Virus record (IMG/VR): IMGVR_UViG_2630968701_000003
Reading direction: 5' to 3' (one strand)
Length of the DNA stretch: 64,000 bases
From: an uncultured virus (IMG/VR IMGVR_UViG_2630968701_000003)
Taxonomy: Duplodnaviria; Heunggongvirae; Uroviricota; Caudoviricetes
The position numbers were made by a program, and so were the translations under genes. Position 1 is the stretch's first letter, and each line of letters begins with the position of its first letter. Shown here piece by piece: positions 1 through 9,178 of the stretch. Below the pieces are notes generated by a model. That model made no database searches. It was not told the origin of the DNA and saw only the letters and a program-made list of their open reading frames with translations.

Positions 1-309
1 ATGAAATTACAACGAACGTTCGTACTAATCTATACAATTGAAAGGAGGGTGCAAGGTAATATTGAACAGAAGAACATGCAGGATATGTTACAATTAAAAA
101 TTTTAGGTCATGATGAAAACTTGTCAAAAATTGCAAGAAAAAAATATGTGAGAACAGCAAATTTGAAGATGCCTTCTGGAAAAGTAGAGATTGGATTAGA
201 TGAATCAAAAAGCTGTCTTTATGGAGTGGTATTGGATCAAACAACGAAACGAATAGGCATTCAACATTTAGGTGATATAAAAACACTTTTAGACGAGGAG
301 AATAAGTAA
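1..309 (+). CDS. hypothetical protein (true start may lie elsewhere; window edge)
   Basis: ORF track; co-directional with downstream operon; no recognisable motif. Confidence 0.5.
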   Translation: MKLQRTFVLIYTIERRVQGNIEQKNMQDMLQLKILGHDENLSKIARKKYVRTANLKMPSGKVEIGLDESKSCLYGVVLDQTTKRIGIQHLGDIKTLLDEENK

Positions 310-328
310 AACAAGAAAGGAGAGCTTC

Positions 329-868
329 ATGATTGTTAGGAAGATTGGAAATGTGACAGTCTATGACGATTTCAAATTCAGTGATTCAATGAACCGGGTT
401 GAAAATCTAAGAATTGATCTAAAACAGACATTTATCAATCAGTTGATATTTGCTGCAATGTATATTGGAATCAGTTTTTTTATCATGATATTCACGGTTG
501 GATATGTACATGAGATTACATACTTGATTATTGTTTTGATTGCTCTTGGAATTATCTTAAGAGATTGGTTGAAATTGAAGGGTAAATCAAGGGTGATTCG
601 GGGAGAGTATCAAAAAAGACGAATGGTCCATTTTTTCCGGACAAGTGAAGTTAAGGATATTGCAGTATATCGTAATAAAAGTAAATTATATGTCAGAATG
701 TCAAATGGAATAAAAGAAATGACTTGCGAGGCAGAACTTTGTAATGAAGAAAAAGAGAACTTTGATGATATGGTTCAACAGGGTGTAAGTGTTATCTTTC
801 GAAATCAAAACAACAAGATTAGCCTGATGTCATTCATGGAGAAGAAAGGAGTGAGAATGAAGTGCTGA
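329..868 (+). CDS. hypothetical membrane protein (2 TM)
   Basis: AGAAAGGAG RBS; two hydrophobic stretches at aa ~38-80. Confidence 0.7.
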   Translation: MIVRKIGNVTVYDDFKFSDSMNRVENLRIDLKQTFINQLIFAAMYIGISFFIMIFTVGYVHEITYLIIVLIALGIILRDWLKLKGKSRVIRGEYQKRRMVHFFRTSEVKDIAVYRNKSKLYVRMSNGIKEMTCEAELCNEEKENFDDMVQQGVSVIFRNQNNKISLMSFMEKKGVRMKC

Positions 869-1143
869 CACCAAGAACGAAAGATATAACGATCGAACAT
901 ATGAATAAAGCGTATCAATATATTGATGAAGTTATTAAAGAACGTGGATATGCTCCATCAGTAATGGACATTACAAAGTATCTTGGATATGCTTCCAAAT
1001 CTTCAACACATCGGATTTTAAGAATGATGGAAGATGAAGGAATGATCATACTTCCAAAAAGAAATGAAGGGAAAATTGTCATTGCGAAAAAAGATGTCAA
1101 GATTACAAAGAACGGCTTAGAACCGAATGACAAGAAGGTATAA
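862..1143 (+). CDS. LexA-type winged-helix DNA-binding protein lacking the peptidase domain
   Basis: YQYIDEVIKERGYAPSVMDITKYLGYASKSSTHRILRMMEDEGMI matches the LexA N-terminal pattern (GYxPSVxEI...S.S.V...L..LE..G.I); only 93 aa. Confidence 0.8.
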   Translation: MLTPRTKDITIEHMNKAYQYIDEVIKERGYAPSVMDITKYLGYASKSSTHRILRMMEDEGMIILPKRNEGKIVIAKKDVKITKNGLEPNDKKV

Positions 1144-1163
1144 AGAGGTAATTAATAATTTAA

Positions 1164-1264
1164 GTTTTAAGGCTGCGTGACTAGACTGATTCCAAAGGTT
1201 ATGATGACTTGGACATTGAAAAGGTAAGGTTTTAGAATTGTGTAAATAAGAATGATTCCAAAGG
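1164..1264 (+). CRISPR. mini-array 1: two divergent type II-like repeats, one 30-nt spacer
   Basis: R 1164-1198 gttttaaggctgcgtgactagactgattccaaagg; spacer 1199-1228; R 1229-1264 gttttagaattgtgtaaataagaatgattccaaagg. Confidence 0.75.
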
Positions 1265-1345
1265 GTCAAAATGGCTACATAGAGAGTAAAAATAAGAATT
1301 ATATTTATCGAATTGGCTTGTGTAAACAAGAGCTGCTAGGTGCAG
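1265..1345 (+). ncRNA. tracrRNA-like tail fused to last repeat of array 1
   Basis: gtcaaaat..acatag (pairs with ttgtgt using G-U pairs)..gtaaaaataaga..atcg; hairpins cttgt-gtaa-acaag and ctgc..gcag. Confidence 0.8.
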
Positions 1346-1377
1346 TTAATAAGAAATATGAGGAGGAATTATAGAAA

Positions 1378-2397
1378 ATGATAAGAAATAAGATTGTGAA
1401 AGACGATATCATCGTCAGAAAATCTATTTTACATATATTAAACAGTGGAAGTGGACAGATTGGATTAGCAACTAATCTGATTGATATGGGACCAGATTTG
1501 TTTGATATGATCAGAGATAATGTATTTAAAGTCTTGGATAATGATGAAAGAATCAGCTGCAAGCTGGATAAAAATACATCGGTTGCAAAGGCTATTGAAA
1601 ATCTCAAAGAAACAAATGATCAGAGCTTTATCGATACGACAAGAAATCTGGCTGAACAGTTGTTTGATATCATGTGTGATAGTGTTCAGATTCCGTCAGC
1701 AGATTTGCTTTGTGCTAGTTTTCAGGTAGATGGCAATATTTATCTGGCATTGCTAAAAATGAATTATCACTCAACATTTGTTCATTATCAGAACAAAGAT
1801 GATGTGACAGATATTGTAAAACAAAATGTTATCCAGTCTGGAAAGTTGACAGAAGCAGTGATTTTTGATCTTTCAGGTAAGAAAGATGTTTATTTAGTTC
1901 AGAAAAAATATGAAATGTTAAATGGAGAAAAATGCAATTACTTATCAGAACGATTTTTAATATGCATGGCAGGTCTTCCACCAAAGAAAAAATTTCAGAT
2001 TTTAAATAGAACAATAATGGATCTTATCAATCAGAGCAGACAGGATGGATTAAAGGCACAATTTCATACGAAAAAGGCATTTTATGATTGCTTTGTGGAA
2101 GATGGAATATTTGATATTAATAAGATCGGTTCTGAATTATTCAAAGATAACGGAGAAAATCTTTCTATCTATGATCAGAAGATGGAAAGATATGATATGC
2201 AGTTTGATAAGTTCGCTGTTATCAAAGAAAGTACCGTTAGTAAGTTGAATTATCTGGAAATGGAAACAGACACAGGAATTATCATTAAAATTCCAATGGA
2301 AACATTTAATGAAGCTAATATCGAAATTAGTGAGAGTCAGATGGATGGAACTACTTCATTTGCAATCAACAATATTGAATCATACAAGTTAAAGTAA
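1378..2397 (+). CDS. nucleoid-associated protein (NdpA/YejK, NA37 family)
   Basis: ILHIL N-terminus, YLALLKMNY and ETDTGIIIKIP motifs, 339 aa, typical of Bacillota NA37 proteins. Confidence 0.7.
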   Translation: MIRNKIVKDDIIVRKSILHILNSGSGQIGLATNLIDMGPDLFDMIRDNVFKVLDNDERISCKLDKNTSVAKAIENLKETNDQSFIDTTRNLAEQLFDIMCDSVQIPSADLLCASFQVDGNIYLALLKMNYHSTFVHYQNKDDVTDIVKQNVIQSGKLTEAVIFDLSGKKDVYLVQKKYEMLNGEKCNYLSERFLICMAGLPPKKKFQILNRTIMDLINQSRQDGLKAQFHTKKAFYDCFVEDGIFDINKIGSELFKDNGENLSIYDQKMERYDMQFDKFAVIKESTVSKLNYLEMETDTGIIIKIPMETFNEANIEISESQMDGTTSFAINNIESYKLK

Positions 2398-2424
2398 AAC
2401 AAATCAGAGAAAGGGGATGTTTTT

Positions 2425-2661
2425 ATGTTAATTTACTTAGCTGATAATAGATCGACGGTTATCAATTTACAATGTGTAGGAGATATGCATATCGAAAAAT
2501 CAAGACATGGATGGGAAATAAAATGTGAAATGTCCTCTGTATCTGGTTTTGGAACAACGACATGCAGTCTCGGATGTTTTGCTTGTAAAGAAAACGCTGT
2601 ATCAAAAATTTTAGAGATATTAAAGTGTTATGGTGAAGGACAAAAAGTTTATTATTTATAA
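2425..2661 (+). CDS. hypothetical protein
   Basis: AAAGGGG RBS, ORF track. Confidence 0.6.
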   Translation: MLIYLADNRSTVINLQCVGDMHIEKSRHGWEIKCEMSSVSGFGTTTCSLGCFACKENAVSKILEILKCYGEGQKVYYL

Positions 2662-2665
2662 AAGA

Positions 2666-2958
2666 GAATAGTAACCGTACAACAGAGATATGTCTAAAGA
2701 CAAAATAAAATTTCTGAAAAAGAAAGGCGTTTTGTAACCGTGTAACGCGGACATGCCTAAATGTACTGTTGCATTTCCTGAACGTCAATTTGAGTTTTGT
2801 AACTGTGTAATAGGAACATGTCTAAATAAAAAATATCCGTGAAAATTCTTGGAGTTCAGTTTTGTAACTGTGTAATAGGATCATGTCTAAATAAGGAATG
2901 GGAGATGGTCCAGAAGCAACATAGTTTTGTAACTGTGTAATAGGATCATGTCTAAATA
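2666..2958 (+). CRISPR. mini-array 2: 35-nt repeat gttttgtaactgtgtaataggatcatgtctaaata, 5 repeats (2 degenerate), 4 spacers
   Basis: repeats at 2666-2700 (degenerate), 2729-2763, 2794-2828, 2859-2893, 2924-2958; spacers 28, 30, 30, 30 nt. Confidence 0.93.
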
Positions 2959-3040
2959 GTCAAATTATTTTGCACAGTGCGTAAAAATAAGAATGAAATA
3001 ATCGAATAGACTCGTTAAAACGAGAACTGCCGTGTGGCAG
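2959..3040 (+). ncRNA. tracrRNA-like tail fused to last repeat of array 2
   Basis: gtcaaat..tgcacagt (pairs with actgtgta)..gtaaaaataaga..atcg; hairpins ctcgt-taaa-acgag and ctgcc-gtgt-ggcag. Confidence 0.85.
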
Positions 3041-3077
3041 GAAATATTTTCAAATAGCTGAGAAGGGAGAGTGCTTT

Positions 3078-3485
3078 ATGTATATTAAAGAATTACATGT
3101 AAATCATCCAAATTCTTATGCGGTTGTGCATATGAGTTATGGTGAAATTACTGCTCTTGCAAATGGAATGTACGAATTAGTATCTAATTTAGAGCTGTTG
3201 AAAGATTCTTTTGACTCAAAAGCTTATAAAGAAGTTGAGCAGAAAATTTCTTTTGTAAGAGACATGGTAAAAGATGGGATGATCCAACCATATACGATAG
3301 AAAGAGCGAGCAAAACTTCGCTGACGAAAGAAGAATTTGAGCGATTCAATCAATATTTGATTATGAATGACTATATGATGGCAATGAGTGATCCGGAATT
3401 TTGTAAGATATATAAGAAAATTTCAAATAATAATCGAATTCCGGATGATTTTCGTAACAAGATGCCAGATGAAAAGAAAGAATAG
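3078..3485 (+). CDS. hypothetical protein
   Basis: AAGGGAG RBS, ORF track. Confidence 0.65.
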   Translation: MYIKELHVNHPNSYAVVHMSYGEITALANGMYELVSNLELLKDSFDSKAYKEVEQKISFVRDMVKDGMIQPYTIERASKTSLTKEEFERFNQYLIMNDYMMAMSDPEFCKIYKKISNNNRIPDDFRNKMPDEKKE

Positions 3486-3500
3486 GAAGGGAATGAAAAA

Positions 3501-4742
3501 ATGGAGAAAGAAAATAAACGATTACAATTTGCACAAAAAATCGGAATGACGATTTTATTATTACTTTTAATTCGATTCATGTCACATATTCCAGTGCCAG
3601 GTGTGAAACACAGTATGTTCAAGCTTGCTGTTGCAGGGAAAGGAAATGGTTATTTTCAGTTATATGATCGCCTGACAGGTGGAAGTTTTTCAAATATGAC
3701 AATCTTTGGTGCTGGTATTACGCCTTATATCACAGCAAGTATTGTTGTTCAGTTACTTGGATATACGTCTAAAAGGCTAAATCAAATGTATCATGAAGGA
3801 GAGTACGGTCGGAGACATATGCAGAAAATGACATTGTTAATCAGCTGTATTACGTCTGTAATTATTTCTTTTACTGCATCTTATACACTTTATGCACAGG
3901 GATATTTAAATGGAAAAATTTATATTCTTTTTGCTGGGTTAACGTTAATGATTGGAACCTTGATTTTAATCGGTATCGGGAAATGGATTGAACTTCGATA
4001 TTTTAAAAATGGTATTTCTTTAGTTTTATTCATTAATATTATTGCTTCAATGCCGAATGATGTATTAACAATCATCTCTTTAAAAAAATGGGAAACGGCA
4101 ATCTTAATTGCAGTAATTTTAATTACATTATTTGTTTTATTGATCATGGAGTTAATTCGTAAGGAAATCATTGTGAGAGAAAGTGCCCGAGTAGATCAGA
4201 ATGAAGAAGTTATTAAACATTTCTTTATTCCAGTTCGACTTAATATGTTAAATGTAATGCCAATCATTTTTATGAGTACAATTCTACAGTTAGTACAGAT
4301 GTTATCTCTTGTAGGCATTAAAACACAGATTTTTAATACTTCAAAATGGTTTGTTAGTACAAAACCGATTTATATTATTGGAATCATCGTATATTGTGCC
4401 GGAATTTTCTTATTTGGAGTTATGTATTCAGATATTGCCTTTAATCCTTTCACAATTGCAATTGATTTGAAGAAAAAAGCAAGCTATATTCCTGGAGTGC
4501 GTTTAGGAAATGACACATCAAAATTTTTACATAGTGCAAAGACAGGAATGATGCTTTTAGATTCTATTTTATTGACGTTAATTTCTATTGTACCGATTGC
4601 AATTACATCTATTTTAGGATTATCTTCCTTAACAATGTTTGGTACATCATTGGTTATTGTGATTGGTGTATTAGTAGAAACAGCATATCAGATTAAAGCA
4701 GAAGTATATGGCGTTCGTCAGGAGGAAAAACAATGGATTTAA
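3501..4742 (+). CDS. secY: preprotein translocase subunit SecY
   Basis: HIPVPGV, GITPYITASIVVQLL, NGISLVLF, VMPIIF, YIPGVRLG, GTSLVIVIGV motifs; about 10 TM segments. Confidence 0.95.
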   Translation: MEKENKRLQFAQKIGMTILLLLLIRFMSHIPVPGVKHSMFKLAVAGKGNGYFQLYDRLTGGSFSNMTIFGAGITPYITASIVVQLLGYTSKRLNQMYHEGEYGRRHMQKMTLLISCITSVIISFTASYTLYAQGYLNGKIYILFAGLTLMIGTLILIGIGKWIELRYFKNGISLVLFINIIASMPNDVLTIISLKKWETAILIAVILITLFVLLIMELIRKEIIVRESARVDQNEEVIKHFFIPVRLNMLNVMPIIFMSTILQLVQMLSLVGIKTQIFNTSKWFVSTKPIYIIGIIVYCAGIFLFGVMYSDIAFNPFTIAIDLKKKASYIPGVRLGNDTSKFLHSAKTGMMLLDSILLTLISIVPIAITSILGLSSLTMFGTSLVIVIGVLVETAYQIKAEVYGVRQEEKQWI

Positions 4743-4915
4743 AGAAGAAAAAAAATAAAAGTGAAAATATGGCAAAAAATGTTAGGATGACATATCCAAA
4801 ACCCATCAGTTGTATTGTGTCATATATTGTCTTATTGTTCAGTTTAATGTTGATCATGGCAGTTGTGTATGGAATTGATATTCTAGTTGCAACTTTAGCA
4901 AATAAATTTTTATAA
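4733..4915 (+). CDS. secE: preprotein translocase subunit SecE-like
   Basis: 60 aa; VRMTYPK (cf. KVxWP) then one TM ending GIDIL; lies between secY and secA. Confidence 0.65.
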   Translation: MDLKKKKNKSENMAKNVRMTYPKPISCIVSYIVLLFSLMLIMAVVYGIDILVATLANKFL

Positions 4916-4930
4916 ATTGGAGGATTAAAA

Positions 4931-7102
4931 ATGGCAGAAGCAAGACAAGTTAAAAATAGGATTGTTCAGGCTGTATTAAGAGAATGTCAAAAGCTTAAAG
5001 AAAAAGATGATCTTACAGATGAGCTTGAACATGTTAGAGATATAAAGAATAAAAAAGAACGGTTAATCAAAAGTGTTGCATTAGCAAGCGAAGCATCCAG
5101 ACGTACAATCAATATTGAACCTTATCCAGTGCAGATTTTAGCTTCGATTAAGATGTACCAGGGACATGTCATTGAAATGAAAACAGGGGAAGGTAAAACA
5201 TTTGTTTCTCCGATGACGGCCTTTGCAAAAGTATTGGATGGACAGAAGGTACATGTTTTAACGGTAAATGATTATCTTGTAGAACGTGATTACACACTTT
5301 TATTACCGGTATATGAAATGCTGGGATTAAGTGTTGGATATATTACGACAGAGACACCAATAGAAGAAAGAAAAAAAGCATACAAATGTGATGTGTGCTA
5401 CATTACAAATTCTGAGGTTGGTTTTGATTACTTAAAGGATCATTTGGCAATGCATCCAGATTCAGTTGTTTGTAATGGAAAATATGATTTTGCAATTATT
5501 GATGAAGCAGATTCAATTTTAATTGATGAGGCAAGGACACCTCTTATTATTTCAGCAGATACAGAACTTATTAGTGGTTTTTGTATCAGTTGTGCCAAAT
5601 TTGTAAAAACATTAGAACTTTCAAAAGAAACAGAAGAATTAGAAGACACAGTTTATGTCGGAGAGTTCCCTAATGTAGATGGCGATGCTATCCTTAACTT
5701 AAAATATGGACAGGTGTATCTGACTGAAAACGGAGTAAAAAAAGCAGAAGATTATTTTAATGTGGATCATTTAGATAAGTTTATATTACACAGCTTAAAC
5801 AATGCTTTGATTGCCAGATTTATAAAGAAAAAAGGTATTGATTACATCGTCAGAAGAAATGAAATAATTATCGTAGACAATGCTACAGGGAGACTCACAG
5901 AAGGACGCACATGGTCCGATGGATTGCATCAGGCAGTACAAGCGAAAGAAGGAGTAGAAATAGATGCAGCATCAGAAACTGCGGCATCTATTACATATCA
6001 ATGTCTATTCCGTCAATATAAAGATTTTTGCGGCATGACAGGAACGGTCAAAACTGAAAGAAGAGAGTTCAGAAAAATTTACAAAAAGAAGATTTCTGTA
6101 ATTCCTACAAACCGTCCTGTAATTCGTCAAGACCTGCCAGATAGAATCTTTGCTCGAAAAGAAGAAAAATATCAGGCAATTTTGGAGGAAACAAGAAAAG
6201 CTATTGATAAGGGTAGAGCTGTATTAGTTGGTACTGCCAGTGTCTTAACATCAGAAGAATTAAGTGATATTTTTGATGAAAATGACATTGGACATGATTT
6301 GTTAAATGCAAAGCTGCACCGAAGAGAAGCAGAAATTATTGCGGAAGCAGGAAGTAGTGGAAACGTAGTTATTGCAACCAATATGGCTGGAAGAGGTACA
6401 GACATTAAGATTGATGAAAAAACAAGGGCAGCAGGAGGATTACTTGTCATTGGAGCAGAGCATAATGAAGCCAAGCGTATTGACAATCAGTTAAGAGGAC
6501 GTTGCGGAAGACAAGGGGATCCTGGAAGCACACAGTTTTTTGTTTCTTTAGAAGATCGCTTAATTAATCCATATTTATCAAAATCTTATTATGAAGAAAT
6601 GAAAAAAGTAAAAGAAATTGAAAAAAAAGATCCTTTTTCTGGCAACATTATTAGAAGAGTACACAAAAGAATCGGATTACAATACTATTCTAACCGAAAA
6701 GACCTGTTTGATTATGACAAAGTAAATCAGGTGCAAATGCGAGTCATTTACAATGAAAGAGAAAAGATTCTAAATGATGATATGGATCGAGAAACTGTAG
6801 AGCGTATCGCAAAAGAAATGAACATGAAAAAAGAATTTCATGAAGCAATGAAAAGAAAAAAAGACGAAGGAAAAGATACAGTAACCATTCTGCAGGAACA
6901 GAAAAAAGTTTTGTTAAAATCTATTGATAAAGAATGGAGAAAACATCTGCAAGATTTGGAAGCATTAAAGAGAAATGAGTATCTGAAAGCATATGGTAAC
7001 ATGGATCCGGTTACACAGTATCGACTGGATGCTTATCCATTATTTGCAGAAATGGTCGTTAGAGTTAAAAAGGAATTCATGAAAGAAATTTTAAAAGAAT
7101 AA
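4931..7102 (+). CDS. secA: preprotein translocase ATPase SecA (compact, 723 aa)
   Basis: EMKTGEGKT, VHVLTVNDYL, DEADSILIDEARTPLIIS, ATNMAGRGTDI, RIDNQLRGRCGRQGDPG. Confidence 0.97.
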   Translation: MAEARQVKNRIVQAVLRECQKLKEKDDLTDELEHVRDIKNKKERLIKSVALASEASRRTINIEPYPVQILASIKMYQGHVIEMKTGEGKTFVSPMTAFAKVLDGQKVHVLTVNDYLVERDYTLLLPVYEMLGLSVGYITTETPIEERKKAYKCDVCYITNSEVGFDYLKDHLAMHPDSVVCNGKYDFAIIDEADSILIDEARTPLIISADTELISGFCISCAKFVKTLELSKETEELEDTVYVGEFPNVDGDAILNLKYGQVYLTENGVKKAEDYFNVDHLDKFILHSLNNALIARFIKKKGIDYIVRRNEIIIVDNATGRLTEGRTWSDGLHQAVQAKEGVEIDAASETAASITYQCLFRQYKDFCGMTGTVKTERREFRKIYKKKISVIPTNRPVIRQDLPDRIFARKEEKYQAILEETRKAIDKGRAVLVGTASVLTSEELSDIFDENDIGHDLLNAKLHRREAEIIAEAGSSGNVVIATNMAGRGTDIKIDEKTRAAGGLLVIGAEHNEAKRIDNQLRGRCGRQGDPGSTQFFVSLEDRLINPYLSKSYYEEMKKVKEIEKKDPFSGNIIRRVHKRIGLQYYSNRKDLFDYDKVNQVQMRVIYNEREKILNDDMDRETVERIAKEMNMKKEFHEAMKRKKDEGKDTVTILQEQKKVLLKSIDKEWRKHLQDLEALKRNEYLKAYGNMDPVTQYRLDAYPLFAEMVVRVKKEFMKEILKE

Positions 7103-7111
7103 TCAATTTTT

Positions 7112-7152
7112 ATCCCACCCATCGAATTTTTTATGGTGGGTGGGTCTTTTTA
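7112..7152 (+). terminator. putative intrinsic terminator after secA
   Basis: cccaccca...tgggtggg stem followed by T-run. Confidence 0.55.
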
Positions 7153-7229
7153 AAATAATTCCAAGTAAAAATTAGGATAAAAAGGAAAAATATTAAAAAT
7201 AATGCATTGTTAATACTGTTAGCCATGCC

Positions 7230-7353
7230 GTTTTGAAACTATGTTTAATCAAATGATTTGTTATGTAAAATTAGATAATTCCAATAGTATTTTTAATGTA
7301 ACATGATGACGATGAGAGCTTTAGAACTATGTTGAATCAGATAATTCCAATAG
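7230..7353 (+). CRISPR. mini-array 3: truncated/degenerate repeats, one 30-nt spacer, final repeat gctttagaactatgttgaatcagataattccaatag
   Basis: partial repeat from 7230 (gttttgaaactatgtttaatc); repeat 3' half ending 7287; spacer 7288-7317; repeat 7318-7353. Confidence 0.75.
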
Positions 7354-7426
7354 GTCAAATGATACATAGTGTGTAAAAATAAGAAATTATCGAATTGATT
7401 TGCTCAGGCAAAATCTGCTGGTGCAG
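7354..7426 (+). ncRNA. tracrRNA-like tail fused to last repeat of array 3
   Basis: gtcaaat..acatagt (pairs with actatgt)..gtgtaaaaataaga..atcg; hairpins tttgc-tcag-gcaaa and ctgc..gcag. Confidence 0.85.
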
Positions 7427-7505
7427 AAATTAAGTTAATGAATTTTACACCGTACACTTGTTAGTTTATTTGTGTGAGGTTTCAATAAATTATGAATGTA
7501 AGATA

Positions 7506-7673
7506 GAATTATATAACGTTAAAATTGGACAATTTCAAATGTTATTCCAATTATATGTACACACAGCATTCGTTTTGTAACCATGTAAAATTGGGTGATT
7601 CCGAATGAGGCGACCAGCGTATTCCTTTTAATGAAGAGTTTTGTAACCATGTAAAATTGGGTGATTCCGAATG
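7506..7673 (+). CRISPR. mini-array 4: repeat gttttgtaaccatgtaaaattgggtgattccgaatg (36 nt), 2 identical plus 1 degenerate repeat
   Basis: degenerate ~7506-7541; spacer 7542-7571; R 7572-7607; spacer 7608-7637; R 7638-7673. Confidence 0.9.
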
Positions 7674-7749
7674 GTCAAAAAGATTACATGGTGTGTTGAA
7701 ATAAGAGTTTATCGAATGTGCCTACTAAAGTAGGAACTGTCAGGGACAG
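7674..7749 (+). ncRNA. tracrRNA-like tail fused to last repeat of array 4
   Basis: ttacatggt is a perfect 9-bp complement of repeat accatgtaa; ttgaaataaga..atcg; hairpins cctac-taaa-gtagg and ctgtc-agg-gacag. Confidence 0.88.
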
Positions 7750-7887
7750 TAAAAATCTGGATCAGCTGATCAAATAACAATCAATTTATTATCATTCTCG
7801 TTTTATGTTTTTTATATTTTCTATTGATTAGCTTTTCCAGACGAATATCAAAATAATAGATTAGATAACAAAGAAAAGGAGATTAAG

Positions 7888-8358
7888 ATGGTTTATAAGT
7901 TAGTATTAGGCGATTGGTCAAAGGATGGGCATAAACAGTCAGAAGACTTTTTATTTGATTGTAATTACGATGTACACAAAATCAGACAAGCATATAAAGA
8001 CAGCTGCAAAAAATTAGGAGTTGCATTTCATGATGAAGATTATGAGAATTGTACAAAACCTTTGTCTGATGATTACAGTAATGTTTGGACAGATTATGAG
8101 ACCCCATATATTGATGAAACAGATTTTGAAATTCTAAATAAAGCGGGATGTTTTAAGGGAATCGAATATGAGAAAGACCGTGATCGTTATTATGTTAACA
8201 ATTTGAAAGATTGTGCAAAACTTATTATGAATTTTATCGCATTATCTATGCCAGAGGATTTCACATATAAGTTAACAGAATCGGAAATTGAACCAATCAA
8301 TGGAGATTGGAATGGCGAGCTAAATGTACAATTTGGATATGGCTTATTTTTTGATTAA
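7888..8358 (+). CDS. hypothetical protein
   Basis: AAGGGAG RBS, ORF track. Confidence 0.75.
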   Translation: MVYKLVLGDWSKDGHKQSEDFLFDCNYDVHKIRQAYKDSCKKLGVAFHDEDYENCTKPLSDDYSNVWTDYETPYIDETDFEILNKAGCFKGIEYEKDRDRYYVNNLKDCAKLIMNFIALSMPEDFTYKLTESEIEPINGDWNGELNVQFGYGLFFD

Positions 8359-8366
8359 TAGAGAAA

Positions 8367-9149
8367 GTGGGAACGTCAATGAGAGCAAAAGATCAATTAT
8401 ATCAATATGTAGAAAAAAGAAAACAAAAAATCATTGATCAATATGACAGAACATTAGAAAGAATCAATTTGTCGAAGGGTTTCGAAAGCCTGATCTCATT
8501 GATGGGTGATCGAGAAATGTTGCTTTCCATTTATGGAAAATCTTACGATCATAATATAAAAGAGATTCTTGATATTTTTTCATGCATTGTTGATGAAATG
8601 TATCAGGATAATGAATTGTTTCAGAATACAACAAAGGAAATTACACATGGATGTGTCATATATTCCAAAGGAAAATACAGTATTGAATTTCATAGTCCTG
8701 TGGATTGGCAGGGAATTACTGTTCGGTATCATGGAATCATAAAACCTTTCATGGCTGATGCAGAAAAAGATTATTTAAAACGACTTTATAAAGTAAAAGA
8801 GCTAACCCAAAAGGTTATTGATAAAAAGAATCTAAAGGCTTTTATTGATTTGGCTCATTTATTATATGAAAAACCTTATCACACAAAAAATCCAATTACA
8901 CATATAAAAAGGTATTTCAAAGTTTATCATTCCATTCGTGATGGTTTACTTAGAAAGACAATGATAGCAATAGAGACAGGAGAAGAAAGGAAAAGAAAAA
9001 TAGAAAAAGATACAGAATTGTTTTATATACAACAAGAAGAAGCAAAACAGTTAAAGGAAAAAGCAGATGCAGCCTTGGAGATATTTAAAAAATTAGGATG
9101 GAAGATTACCTATAAGGGAATTTTGATAAACGATACGATCTGCTGGTAA
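8367..9149 (+). CDS. hypothetical protein
   Basis: ORF track, operonic. Confidence 0.7.
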   Translation: MGTSMRAKDQLYQYVEKRKQKIIDQYDRTLERINLSKGFESLISLMGDREMLLSIYGKSYDHNIKEILDIFSCIVDEMYQDNELFQNTTKEITHGCVIYSKGKYSIEFHSPVDWQGITVRYHGIIKPFMADAEKDYLKRLYKVKELTQKVIDKKNLKAFIDLAHLLYEKPYHTKNPITHIKRYFKVYHSIRDGLLRKTMIAIETGEERKRKIEKDTELFYIQQEEAKQLKEKADAALEIFKKLGWKITYKGILINDTICW

Positions 9150-9178
9150 AAGAAAGGCAGCGAAAAGGAGGGCGTTCT

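Noticed and set aside
1..309. IGLD motif suggesting a RuvC-I (Cas9/IscB) fragment
   Set aside because: Only four residues, near the end of a short ORF; no bridge helix or other RuvC/HNH motifs follow
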